Assembly: GCA_964016885.1 (NCBI GenBank)
Contig: OZ024742.1
Coordinates: forward strand, 20,522,001 to 20,586,000
Length of the DNA: 64,000 bases
Direction of reading: 5' to 3'
DNA from: Eledone cirrhosa
Taxonomy: Eukaryota
Below the pieces are notes generated by a model, which saw only the letters and a program-made list of their open reading frames with translations, was not told the origin of the DNA and did not search any database. The position numbers and the translations under genes were made by a program. This document shows, in pieces, positions 53,420 through 64,000 of this stretch. Position 1 is the first letter of the stretch. Every line of letters begins with the position of its first letter.

Positions 53420-54719
53420 AAGAATCGACCCCAATCTTAGACTGGTACTTTTTTTTATTAACCTCAAATGGATGAAAGGCAAAGTTGACCTCGGCGGGAT
53501 TTGGACTCAGAAAGACGGAACGAATACTGCAAAGAATTCTATCCGACTTACTAACGAATTTCTCGTCATATAGAGCACAGTTGATTAATTAGTTGATAAA
53601 TGTGAAGTAAATAATGGTATAGGCATACTACATATTGTATAATATGTTGTCGAAGTTTGAAGATGATACATTGTCTAGTATATAGTGTGATGTTGATGTT
53701 CTAAGATCTAGAGAAAGTAAGAATTTCTTGATGTAAAGTTAGTGAGGAATTCATACGGCGATATCTTTTAAAATTAAGTTATACGAATAAGGTGGGATAG
53801 GTCAAAATATTGAAAAAGTGTCTGATAATAGAGAAAAAGAGTGAAAGGGATAGAAGGAGAAAGAGAGATAAAAGAAAGTTTGGAAACAAAAGAATGCATG
53901 GAGAATTTGAAAGTAGTCGAATGAAAATTCTAAAGCAATTAAATGAATGTCATGAATAATAAAATGATACTTTGAAGCCTGAGAGTGAATTACTTAAATT
54001 ATGAAACATAGGAGGGGACTCAGAGAATTACTACATCAAATTCCAGTGAGATAAGAACATTGATTGAAAGATTATCTACAATGTGTGACAAATGGATGTC
54101 ACACAACTTTAAAATGATCAGGAAATGATTTAAAAGAAGATACAACAAAAGTATGCATATTATCAAACAGCATTTGTCTATAGCTACGCCTGGAATATAG
54201 TCTGGACTTTCCAGATTAGTTCGGAGATATTCACAAACTCGAGACCTGAGCTGAGGGTTTGTGCTAAATGCAACGAAGGGAAATATAATATGATATTATG
54301 TAAATATGGACCGAGAACGCCTGATGCAGTCGTAGGGATGCCGTAGCGATATGCAGAGAGAGTGTGGTACAAATAGTTAACAATTGAGAAATAGTTGCTA
54401 GACATTTACTTGTATACAGTGATCTACCAAGAGTCTACACACTATAATAAAATGCAAGTAAATCTATTTCACCGTGGAAGAATGTGTCAGTTAATAAACA
54501 TACTGGAATACATTGTGACAGATTATGGTCTGTGGCTGCTACTCTATTCTTCAAATCTAAACTAGCTATTACAAATATATATATTTTTATAAAAGAACGA
54601 TCACCTTCGACAAACAATCAAAACTTATTTTGTCAGCAGAAGTCTGCCAAAATATAAATATTTCAGTAAAACCTCAGCAACGAGGGACTAGCGTGAACTA
54701 CATATGTAATGTCATAAAA

Positions 54720-54960
54720 AAACATATTTAAGATAACTAGAGCGTGGGAGTGAAAATAAAAAGAATCTCTATAATAATAGGAGCTTTGGTTATGATGGAA
54801 AACATGCAGATATATATAAACTCCAAACTCCAGACTTATAAATATTTACAACGCAATGAAAATAGCACTTCTAGGTACTGCACACCCATTATGTAGAAGA
54901 GTTTCTATAGAAGATATAATACAAATCCAAAATAAAACAATGTACAGTCAATATACGGTG
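54720..54960 (+). mobile_element. Decayed R4/Dong-like LINE C-terminal fragment
   Basis: IIIGAL and KIALLGTAH motifs typical of the C-terminus of REL-type LINEs. Confidence 0.5.
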
Positions 54961-55944
54961 CTGGCGTTTACAGTGAAAGCATTCTATAATATTAAAACTA
55001 TTGAAAAATATATGAATAAAAATAATAGAAATTATTTGCTGTTGATTTGGTTTGGAATTCGACCCGAGACAAAGAAAACAGAAGTGAAATTTCAACCGGA
55101 GATCATTACAAAAATATTTATCTTTTCAAATATGTTTAACACCAACATATTAGCGGAAAATGAAATCACATAAAATGCCGTTATTTTTTTCAGTCTAATT
55201 TTATTCAATTCAGTAAGCTATTATTTATTTATTGATTAAATTATATATTCAATATTAAATATCCATTTACTTTGCCTGCCAAAACATAAACACCCCACTA
55301 CCAATATTTTATCTAAACTGATAAAGAACCATTAATACATTGCCTTAGTGATGATTCGATGATTTCTGTCTGTTACTATAACATTATTCAGTAATTTTCT
55401 GATAAAAGTGAAGAATTGTGCAACGTTTCCAACAGCAGTATGTCTTGTTAAATAAATTCTAGCGTGCTTCGTCTTATCTTTTCGACTTGTTTGTCTAGCT
55501 TCACAGGAGATATTGAAAAAACAAAAACAAAAAACAAACAAACTTTGATTGAATTAATAACATTAAGGTTACAGTTTTCGAAGTATTTCAACTAATCTGT
55601 AGTCATTATCATTAAAATCTTCATCGTTATTATCAAAACTAAGTTTCTATTTTCTAAGCCAGATATAGTGACTTGTCAAAAGAATTATTCCAAAAATGTT
55701 TAGTTTTCAGTGCTGTTCATTATATGTTAGCGAATATTAATACACCCACACACATACTCACTCACACTCACACATTCACACACGGATACACACACTCACG
55801 CATATCTCTCCTCCCAACACACAAATACCTATGCATCCATATTGATATTTTTCACACAGAATCATCATCATTTAAACTTCAAAATACATACATATAGCAC
55901 ACATAGATATATTTCTTACACTGTTCGTGGTTAGTGAAAGTGAT

Positions 55945-56270
55945 TGGTTTGGTGGTTTGAGAGTTGGATTCACAATTGTGAGGTTGTGAGTTCGATTCCT
56001 GAACCAGGTAATGAGTTATGTTCTTCAGCAAGACACTTTAATGTTATGTTACTCCAGGTTACGTAGCTGTAGAAATGAGTTGTAAAGTTGATAGTGCCAA
56101 GCTATGTTGGACTTTGCCTTTATTTTGGATGACATCGGTGGAGTGAGGCCCGACATGTCTAGCAGCCGGCGAGGAATAATAAACCTGCTAACAAAAACAA
56201 AGAGAATGTGTTGCTCTGGAGGAACTTTATGATTGATGGGCCATTGACCTATCGTGAGCTGGATAACCGT
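55945..56270 (+). mobile_element. SINE family B variant
   Basis: GAGTTCGATTCC B-box and CAAGACACTTTA core. Confidence 0.65.
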
Positions 56271-56399
56271 GAAGATTCCTATCTACACCCTATTTCTAAG
56301 GATGTCATATATGATTTCAAATATACTTGACATGTTTTCAAATATATTCTACAAGTGTTCAAATATATTGTACAACTTGAGTAATTAGAAGAAGGTGGG

Positions 56400-56665
56400 T
56401 AGGCGTGAAAGCCAGACTCGCTATCTTCAATTCGGTATTCGTGCCAGCCCTTACCAATGGTCATGAATTCTGGGTAATGGTTGAAAGACTACGATTGCGA
56501 ATACAAGTTGCCGAAATGGGGTTCCTCCGAAGGGTCTTTGGAGTAAAATTATTCGATAGAATGCGTAGCTTAGACACGAGAAAGTCACTCCAGGTAGAGC
56601 CACTACTTCTCCGAATTGAGAGATCATAGCACGGATACTATGGGCCTGTGGTTAGAATGACAGCC
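56400..56665 (+). mobile_element. RTE-clade LINE fragment
   Basis: AIFNSVFVPALTNGHEFWVM...IQVAEMGFLRRV...DRMRS...LQVEPLLLRIERS. Confidence 0.85.
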
Positions 56666-56689
56666 AACTCACCACTTTTTCATGAAATA

Positions 56690-56905
56690 AATATTTCTAC
56701 TTGGGTACAAGGCCAGCAAATTGTCAGGTGGAGACAATCAATTAAGCCGACCCAGGTATGTTACTGGTACTTATTTTATCAACCCCGTAACGATGAAAAG
56801 CAAAGCTAACCTCGACGGGATTTGAACTCAGAACTTAAAGCGCCGAGAGAAATACTACTAAGCAGATTGTCTGACGCTCTAACAACTGAAACAATGCACC
56901 GCTTC
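56690..56905 (-). mobile_element. SINE family A
   Basis: Reverse complement ACTGGTACTTATTTTATCAACCCCG...GGGATTTGAACTCAG. Confidence 0.75.
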
Positions 56906-57242
56906 TCATGAAATAAAACAACGCTAACAAAAATTTGAACAAAAGCAACAAAACTATTATTGCTAAACGATACCTATACAAGGATTACCTTAATATAGAA
57001 TTTAAATTCTATTGATCGTCTTCATTATTATACATCTTTTTGATGTATAATAGAATGATAATTCAGTAAGAAGGAACAGAATTTAACTAAACTAGCTTGG
57101 TAAACAGGAAGACGTATGAATATATTTGTAAGATATTCTAGAGACGATGTTAATAGGATTATGTTCATAGCCTAAAACAGATGGCAGACGGTTAATTAGT
57201 CGATCAATGTGAAGAATACTACGTCTTACGTATGTTTTAAGT

Positions 57243-57274
<32 letters not shown>

Positions 57275-58350
57275 AGTGGTTACACAACAGTTAGTTCACC
57301 ATACCGAGAACAATTGTTTCACCTTAGCGGATCCTCAGCTCGTAATGGACATGGTTATACGGAACAGGAAGGACAACCGTACGAATGCGCATGCGCAGAA
57401 ACGATCACTTCACACAGGCAATGCTAAAATGCGTGCGAGAGCTGTAAGGGAGATAACTGCGAAAGTCCGAAAAGTTTCTAGTTGATAAGAAAATTAGGAT
57501 GTTGTTGTAATTCAATCCGGAGCTTTGTAGTTATGTAAGAGGTGTTTCCAGACGTGTGGACAACGTATGAATAATTCATTTATCGTGTTTAGGCAATCAC
57601 TATTGAGTAATCTCTTTAGAATATTTATTCGTTCATCAATACATAGTCCACACGACGGATTGCCCCTTGCGTATGGCTTGGACTTAATGATGGCTTTCTA
57701 TCGAATGGAGTAGTCTATACTTCAGTCCTTGAGGGACCATACGTGGCTCGCGAGTTTTGTGGATGAACGTCTGTCCGGGTACCTAAATGTCGACTGGTGG
57801 TTCAGGAAGCGTTCCTTAAATCGGCCCTCCGCCATACCCACATAGGATTTGACCTCCTGTGGTTGATTTGGTCGGTTGGAAGTGACCACAGCTTCATAAA
57901 CTACAGCGGGTGTGTTGCATTGCTGTTGAAGGGGACAAACTTCGGGCTTACGGCAAGAGCACCCTGGTTGGGTGTTGCTCTTAGGGCTGTTGGTGATGTG
58001 GGCCTTCATGTTCTTAGCGCAGGAGTACCTTAGTTTTACTTTGTGTCAGTTAAAGATGGAGCGGTATTTACGACCTATGGGAAAGTGTCTATCTAAGAGG
58101 GCTAGAAACCTTTTGCCTACATTGGTTTTAACCTTGAGTGAGAAGGGAGGAGAGAACCAGATAGTTTGTCTATTGTTACGTTTTCTTTTCTTATTGCTGT
58201 TGTTGATAGTGGGAGAGTAAGTGATAGGTTGCGAGAAGCCGCTGTTAGCTAACGTCGTGTTATAGTAGAGTGCCGCCCTGTCAAAGAGCAACACCCCACC
58301 AGGGTGCTCTTGCCGTAAGCTTGAAGCTTGTCCCCTTCAACAGCAATGCT
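57275..58350 (-). pseudogene. Decayed 3' fragment of a Naiad-type PLE (thumb + GIY-YIG) with a short 5' inversion
   Basis: IWFSPPFSLKVKTNVGKRFL...IFN*HKVKLRYSC...CSCRKPEVCPLQQQC...VVYEA...YVGMAEGRFKERFLNH...CGLCIDE...CPH, with three in-frame stops. 58290-58350 is an inverted copy of ~57916-57980. Confidence 0.85.
57302..57344 (-). ncRNA. Minimal type I hammerhead in the 3' UTR of the decayed Naiad
   Basis: Minus strand TACGAG-CTGAGGA-T(CC-GCTAA-GG)T-GAAA-CAATTG-TT^CTCGGTA. Confidence 0.65.
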
Positions 58351-58987
58351 TCAGAGAACACAATTACAGGCAGCACTGGTTGAACGTGTAGGAGGTATAA
58401 GCAAAAAAGTTACAAGCAAGGAAAGGTGGTGTACAATGGAGGAGTCAATACAGTCAATAAGGCATGTATGAGGAAAGAGTTATAATGCAGTTGAAATAAA
58501 CATATTTTGTGTGGGGTGTTAAAACATGTTATAATTGTTACAAATGTTTAAGATGGCATGCAATTTGTTAGAGAGGCATGTGGTGATAATGTAGGTTTTT
58601 GTTATGTGAGGTGTAATGCAAAGCACCTGATATAATGGGATAGGTGATTTTCATTCATGTGAATGAAACACTTGAATGAAAATCACCTATCCCACTTTTC
58701 CTTGCTTGTAACCTTTTTGCCTGTACTTTTTGCTTATACCTTTTACACTTTCAACCAGTGGTGCCTGTAATTGTGTTCTCTCAAGCATAACATCATTTTA
58801 ACTCCTGACTCTCCACATGATGCCTTTGACACTAAAACAATTATGTACCCTAAATGTTCTAAATGACTAGGATTTTAGTCACATGTTTCGACATTCCCCA
58901 TGCTTCGATGATTCCAGACTTCCCTCTGGAAGAAACAATTGTCAGCAAATAAATGTTCTAAACTAAAATTTGATCGATTTAACACTT

Positions 58988-59054
<67 letters not shown>

Positions 59055-59796
59055 TCAGGTTATCAATAATGTAGTGATAATATATCGTTACGTTAGAGAT
59101 GAACAGCGTACGTGCAGGTTTGCTCAACGAGTATAAATTATATTCCGGAGAAATGTAGAAAGGATGAATATAAAATGAAAGTGCTTTTGTTAAAAAAGGA
59201 ATTTATTAGGTATTGACATATGTTTCTGTAACAGACCGAATACCTATGTATCGCTGCTTGCGTAATCATATAATGTTAGCAAGTATTCGATAGCAAATGT
59301 ATAATCAGTTGTCACTTCTTCAGAGATTTTGGATAAACTGGATAAAATCAGAAAAATTGAAGTATTTATATTAGTAAAAGAGGAAGGAACAGAGGGGATA
59401 GAATATGACAGATGGTAAAATAATTTACTGCTAAACAAGTATATAATGGGTTTTTAATGAGAATACCATGAGTAAATCTAAATAAGAATTTTGGGGGTGC
59501 CGATTTTAATCTCTACTTGACCAACTGGACAGTGGACAGGGCTGGTCATTTGGTGCAGTAGTATTAATCATAAAGTGTCAATTGGGGAAGGGGGAGATTT
59601 CGATTGCTACTAAATAACATCAATGCTAGTGGTCAGCTGGTATTTGCTCTAGGGAATTGAATCAAAAAATCAGAAATCTCATTTTATCTATAGCAGTTTG
59701 TATTAAAAGGTAAATAATAGAAGAGTTGATAGAATTAAGACTAATAAAGAATGTTCATATCTATTTTGACAATCAAACGGGGATAGAGACAGGCGT

Positions 59797-62115
59797 TCAA
59801 TCCTGGTAGTATTTATAATATGAAAATGTAGATTTTAAGCGATGGTTACAGTATAACGATCGCTCTATTCTGTTATTTAATAAAATGTTTTTGGATTTCA
59901 TAATACAAAATAATTCTACATTACATAATCTACAAAATTCCTGTCCATTGGAATATGGGGGGGCAGTCGCTATTATATCCCATTTTAGGTGAAATTGTTG
60001 GTTATTTTCACGCAGCTGCCAAGCCTTGTCTGCGAGTGTTGTTACATAACGCTGGTTTTCATGTTTTATCGAATAACGATGTCTATAAAGGCGTGATTTA
60101 AAGGAGGTGGCTGTAGATCCCACATAGTACCACTTCTGTCTATCCGATTCGATAGTACATTTGTATACGATGTTGCGTTCAAGACACTGGTTGTTCAACG
60201 GACACATTCCTGGTTGGACACAGTTGCAATTACAATTTTGCGTTGTTGTATTGCCATGGATGGGTTGATGAGGTTGCTTATGTAGAACAGGATGTTGTTT
60301 GTTGTTTTGTGATGTTATAGCTAATGTTTTACGTGTATTGTTATGTGTTGGAAGGCGTTTATACAACCGTTTTGCGTTAAGCATTTTTATATGTTGTTCA
60401 ATATTAGGGGCGGTTGAATATGAAAGTCGGATGGTGTTAGGGTTTAAGATTTTATTATATTTATGTGATGTTGGAAAGTGTTTTCTAACTAATCGAAAGA
60501 ATTTTGAGGGTAGATTGGTTTTAATAGATTTGTTATAGACCGGGTTGTACCAGATATACTCCTTACATCGCCTTCTGTTTGGTGGTGTGCGACTATTATT
60601 GTGTCTATTGCGGTAGTGTATGTATGGTGGTGATTCTGTGCTATTTCTACTCCTATGTGATTTATTTTGGGTGTTTTGGTGATCATTGACTATATACTCT
60701 ATATTATCTAGGTGACCGGCTTTCCTAAGTGCATCATCATAATACTCGGCATGTTCTTTGAAGGTTTGTTGGTTGGACGATAGGCGGGAGATTCTAAGAG
60801 AAACATTTCTAGGGATGGATTTAATAATAGAGAGTGGATGGTTAGAACTCGTATTTACATATTTAAGGTTCTCATTTAGTTTATGGAACGGTTTAATCGT
60901 ATCTGTATTGAGATTGAAAGTAACATCAAGGAAATTGACCTCTTTGAGGTTATATTCAAATGTAATATTTAATCCTAGTTCTTTAAAAAGTTTTCTGATA
61001 TTTTTACGCATCCTTTCTAAATTCTGGTTATTCATATTCTTAACTAATAGGAGCGCATCGTCACGGTAAATTCCACCGTGGAGATCCTTGAATTTTCCTT
61101 GTAATCTGTGGGTGATATAAATTCCCACAAGATCTGTTACCTCCGCCGAATCATTAGAACCCATAGTGATATCAAAATTAGAAGGTCTATCTTTGCGAAC
61201 CCAGTAGCTATCATCGAATTTAACTATAGTTTTTCTCGCTTCCATAATAATTTTAATTTCAGCATCCGTAAGGTCGGAATTATCCTTAGCGAACGAAAGA
61301 GCTTCATGTAGAGTATCAGGTGAAATTGAGGAATAATATTCATCAATATCAAACTGAATAAATTTTGATTTTTTCTTATCAGTAATGTTGTTAAACCATC
61401 TTATTGCTTCATGAGTGTTACCCCATAGTTTAATCTCTACTTTAACCTTAACTTGGGGGATAATTCTGTCTAGTATATATTTGCTAATTTTACCTATATC
61501 TGATTTAGAGGGGCATATAAGTCTAATATTAGGGTTAGTATCGAAGTTTACCTTGTGGTCCTTCAGGTTGAAGGATGGTATAGCTGGTGTTAAGGGTTGC
61601 GTTCTATCGTCAATACAAAGTTTTTTAACAATATCACATGCCGAGTTGTTGATGTTTTTAAGTGTGGCTTCATTAGTTTTCCTGTATTTTTTATGCAATT
61701 CCTTACGGATGAAGTTATTGTAAGTGTCCACATCCATGGTATATACGTTTGATGTTTTGTCTGCTCTAACAATAACTCCATTGGCGTTTTTTAGATTATT
61801 GAGCAGTGCCGTGATGTCATTCTGTAGTTTATTGTTCTTACGTTTTGTAAATTTGATCTCCATGATCATATCCATTAGGTCTTGTTCAAATGCATCCAAA
61901 AGTGGGTTTGAGGGTGGGTTCTTGTAAGATTTAAATCCAAATTTATCCTTGTTAAGATCCGATGTTTGGTTTATACGGCTTTTGTCAAAATGGAATGTTT
62001 TCCATCTGATTCGTCGAATAAAATCATTGGTCCTTCGTATCATACCTAGAATATATTCCCTTTTTGCCTGAATAGGTATGTTTTTTAACGACATATCCAA
62101 TTGGTGCCTTTCCAT
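59797..62115 (-). CDS. PLE reverse transcriptase + GIY-YIG endonuclease (Naiad type), 772 aa
   Basis: SLKNIPI...RRIRWK N-terminus, ADKT, LKDHK..F...P..RLICP, FIQFDIDEYYSSI, FDITMGSND, GIYRDD, CxCx5C linker (CNCVQPGMC), IVYKC...YVGST...FKSRLYRH, CRLCNVE. Confidence 0.95.
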   Translation of the reverse strand: MERHQLDMSLKNIPIQAKREYILGMIRRTNDFIRRIRWKTFHFDKSRINQTSDLNKDKFGFKSYKNPPSNPLLDAFEQDLMDMIMEIKFTKRKNNKLQNDITALLNNLKNANGVIVRADKTSNVYTMDVDTYNNFIRKELHKKYRKTNEATLKNINNSACDIVKKLCIDDRTQPLTPAIPSFNLKDHKVNFDTNPNIRLICPSKSDIGKISKYILDRIIPQVKVKVEIKLWGNTHEAIRWFNNITDKKKSKFIQFDIDEYYSSISPDTLHEALSFAKDNSDLTDAEIKIIMEARKTIVKFDDSYWVRKDRPSNFDITMGSNDSAEVTDLVGIYITHRLQGKFKDLHGGIYRDDALLLVKNMNNQNLERMRKNIRKLFKELGLNITFEYNLKEVNFLDVTFNLNTDTIKPFHKLNENLKYVNTSSNHPLSIIKSIPRNVSLRISRLSSNQQTFKEHAEYYDDALRKAGHLDNIEYIVNDHQNTQNKSHRSRNSTESPPYIHYRNRHNNSRTPPNRRRCKEYIWYNPVYNKSIKTNLPSKFFRLVRKHFPTSHKYNKILNPNTIRLSYSTAPNIEQHIKMLNAKRLYKRLPTHNNTRKTLAITSQNNKQHPVLHKQPHQPIHGNTTTQNCNCNCVQPGMCPLNNQCLERNIVYKCTIESDRQKWYYVGSTATSFKSRLYRHRYSIKHENQRYVTTLADKAWQLRENNQQFHLKWDIIATAPPYSNGQEFCRLCNVELFCIMKSKNILLNNRIERSLYCNHRLKSTFSYYKYYQD

Positions 62116-62912
62116 TTTAGAAGCGTATGCTGAATTAGTTGCTCAACTGTATAGGAGATTAATAAAATTTCAGGTTATCAATAATGTAGTGATAATATAT
62201 CGTTACGTTAGAGATGAACAGCGTACGTGCAGGTTTGCTCAACGAGTATAAATTATATTCCGGAGAAATGTAGAAAGGATGAATATAAAATGAAAGTGCT
62301 TTTGTTAAAAAAGGAATTTATTAGGTATTGACATATGTTTCTGTAACAGACCGAATACCTATGTATCGCTGCTTGCGTAATCATATAATGTTAGCAAGTA
62401 TTCGATAGCAAATGTATAATCAGTTGTCACTTCTTCAGAGATTTTGGATTAACTGGATAAAATCAGAAAAATTGAAGTATTTATATTAGTAAAAGAGGAA
62501 GGAACAGAGGGGATAGAATATGACAGATGGTAAAATAATTTACTGCTAAACAAGTATATAATGGGTTTTTAATGAGAATACCATGAGTAAATCTAAATAA
62601 GAATTTTGGGGGTGCCGATTTTAATCTCTACTTGACCAACTGGACAGTGGACAGGGCTGGTCATTTGGTGCAGTAGTATTAATCATAAAGTGTCAATTGG
62701 GGAAGGGGGAGATTTCGATTGCTACTAAATAACATCAATGCTAGTGGTCAGCTGGTATTTGCTCTAGGGAATTGAATCAAAAAATCAGAAATCTCATTTT
62801 ATCTATAGCAGTTTGTATTAAAAGGTAAATAATAGAAGAGTTGATAGAATTAAGACTAATAAAGAATGTTCATATCTATTTTGACAATCAAACGGGGATA
62901 GAGACAGGCGTT

Positions 62913-64000
62913 CTATGGGTTCTAATGATTCGGCGGAGGTAACAGATCTTGTGGGAATTTATATCACCCACAGATTACAAGGAAAATTCAAGGATCTCCA
63001 CGGTGGAATTTACCGTGACGATGCGCTCCTATTAGTTAAGAATATGAATAACCAGAATTTAGAAAGGATGCGTAAAAATATCAGAAAACTTTTTAAAGAA
63101 CTAGGATTAAATATTACATTTGAATATAACCTCAAAGAGGTCAATTTCCTTGATGTTACTTTCAATCTCAATACAGATACGATTAAACCGTTCCATAAAC
63201 TAAATGAGAACCTTAAATATGTAAATACGAGTTCTAACCATCCACTCTCTATTATTAAATCCATCCCTAGAAATGTTTCTCTTAGAATCTCCCGCCTATC
63301 GTCCAACCAACAAACCTTCAAAGAACATGCCGAGTATTATGATGATGCACTTAGGAAAGCCGGTCACCTAGATAATATAGAGTATATAGTCAATGATCAC
63401 CAAAACACCCAAAATAAATCACATAGGAGTAGAAATAGCACAGAATCACCACCATACATACACTACCGCAATAGACACAATAATAGTCGCACACCACCAA
63501 ACAGAAGACGATGTAAGGAGTATATCTGGTACAACCCGGTCTATAACAAATCTATTAAAACCAATCTACCCTCAAAATTCTTTCGATTAGTTAGAAAACA
63601 CTTTCCAACATCACATAAATATAATAAAATCTTAAACCCTAACACCATCCGACTTTCATATTCAACCGCCCCTAATATTGAACAACATATAAAAATGCTT
63701 AACGCAAAACGGTTGTATAAACGCCTTCCAACACATAACAATACACGTAAAACATTAGCTATAACATCACAAAACAACAAACAACATCCTGTTCTACATA
63801 AGCAACCTCATCAACCCATCCATGGCAATACAACAACGCAAAATTGTAATTGCAACTGTGTCCAACCAGGAATGTGTCCGTTGAACAACCAGTGTCTTGA
63901 ACGCAACATCGTATACAAATGTACTATCGAATCGGATAGACAGAAGTGGTACTATGTGGGATCTACAGCCACCTCCTTTAAATCACGCCTTTATAGACAT
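62913..64000 (+). pseudogene. Inverted 5'-truncated copy of the Naiad ORF, running off the window end
   Basis: Starts at (T)MGSNDSAEV and is near-identical to the reverse complement of 60079-61166. Confidence 0.9.

Larger units (their letters stand above)
59049..64000 (-). mobile_element. Naiad-type Penelope-like element, apparently full length, with direct pLTRs and an inverted partial copy
   Basis: ~750-bp direct repeats at 59049-59798 and 62165-62912 flank the ORF. 62913-64000 is the reverse complement of 60079-61166. The left end abuts (TA)n. Confidence 0.93.

Noticed and set aside
57722-58048. In-frame TGA codons as selenocysteine in the decayed Naiad
   Set aside because: They do not fall at conserved Cys positions (IFN*H is normally Arg, consistent with CGA>TGA), a TAG stop is also present, and no SECIS was recognised
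60299-61927. Short antisense or alternate-frame ORFs inside the PLE genes (also 8991-9858 and 63010-63780)
   Set aside because: Shadow ORFs of the RT frame with no independent evidence

Overview
AT-rich, repeat-dominated eukaryotic genomic DNA. A coleoid cephalopod (Octopus-like) origin is inferred from the SINE families and the very large (TA)n/(CA)n content. The window holds the first three coding exons of one host gene (15161-22737, +), a 200-N gap, many tRNA-derived SINEs, LINE fragments, one clean non-autonomous Helitron and about 9 kb of (TA)n arrays. The main signal is a set of Penelope-like retroelements (PLEs) and hammerhead-ribozyme (HHR) elements. These include a 5'-truncated Neptune-type PLE, an apparently intact Naiad-type PLE and a decayed Naiad. 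There are also several ORF-less HHR elements: a 311-bp and a 593-bp tandem retrozyme-like array, two fold-back elements and a solitary HHR. Most sit in or next to (TA)n and contain an internal inversion. Two unrelated families use a compensatory U3:A8 core (UUGANAA), which a CUGANGA search would miss. All ribozyme folds were read by eye and none has been computed or assayed. Nearly all long ORFs in the supplied track are microsatellite artefacts.
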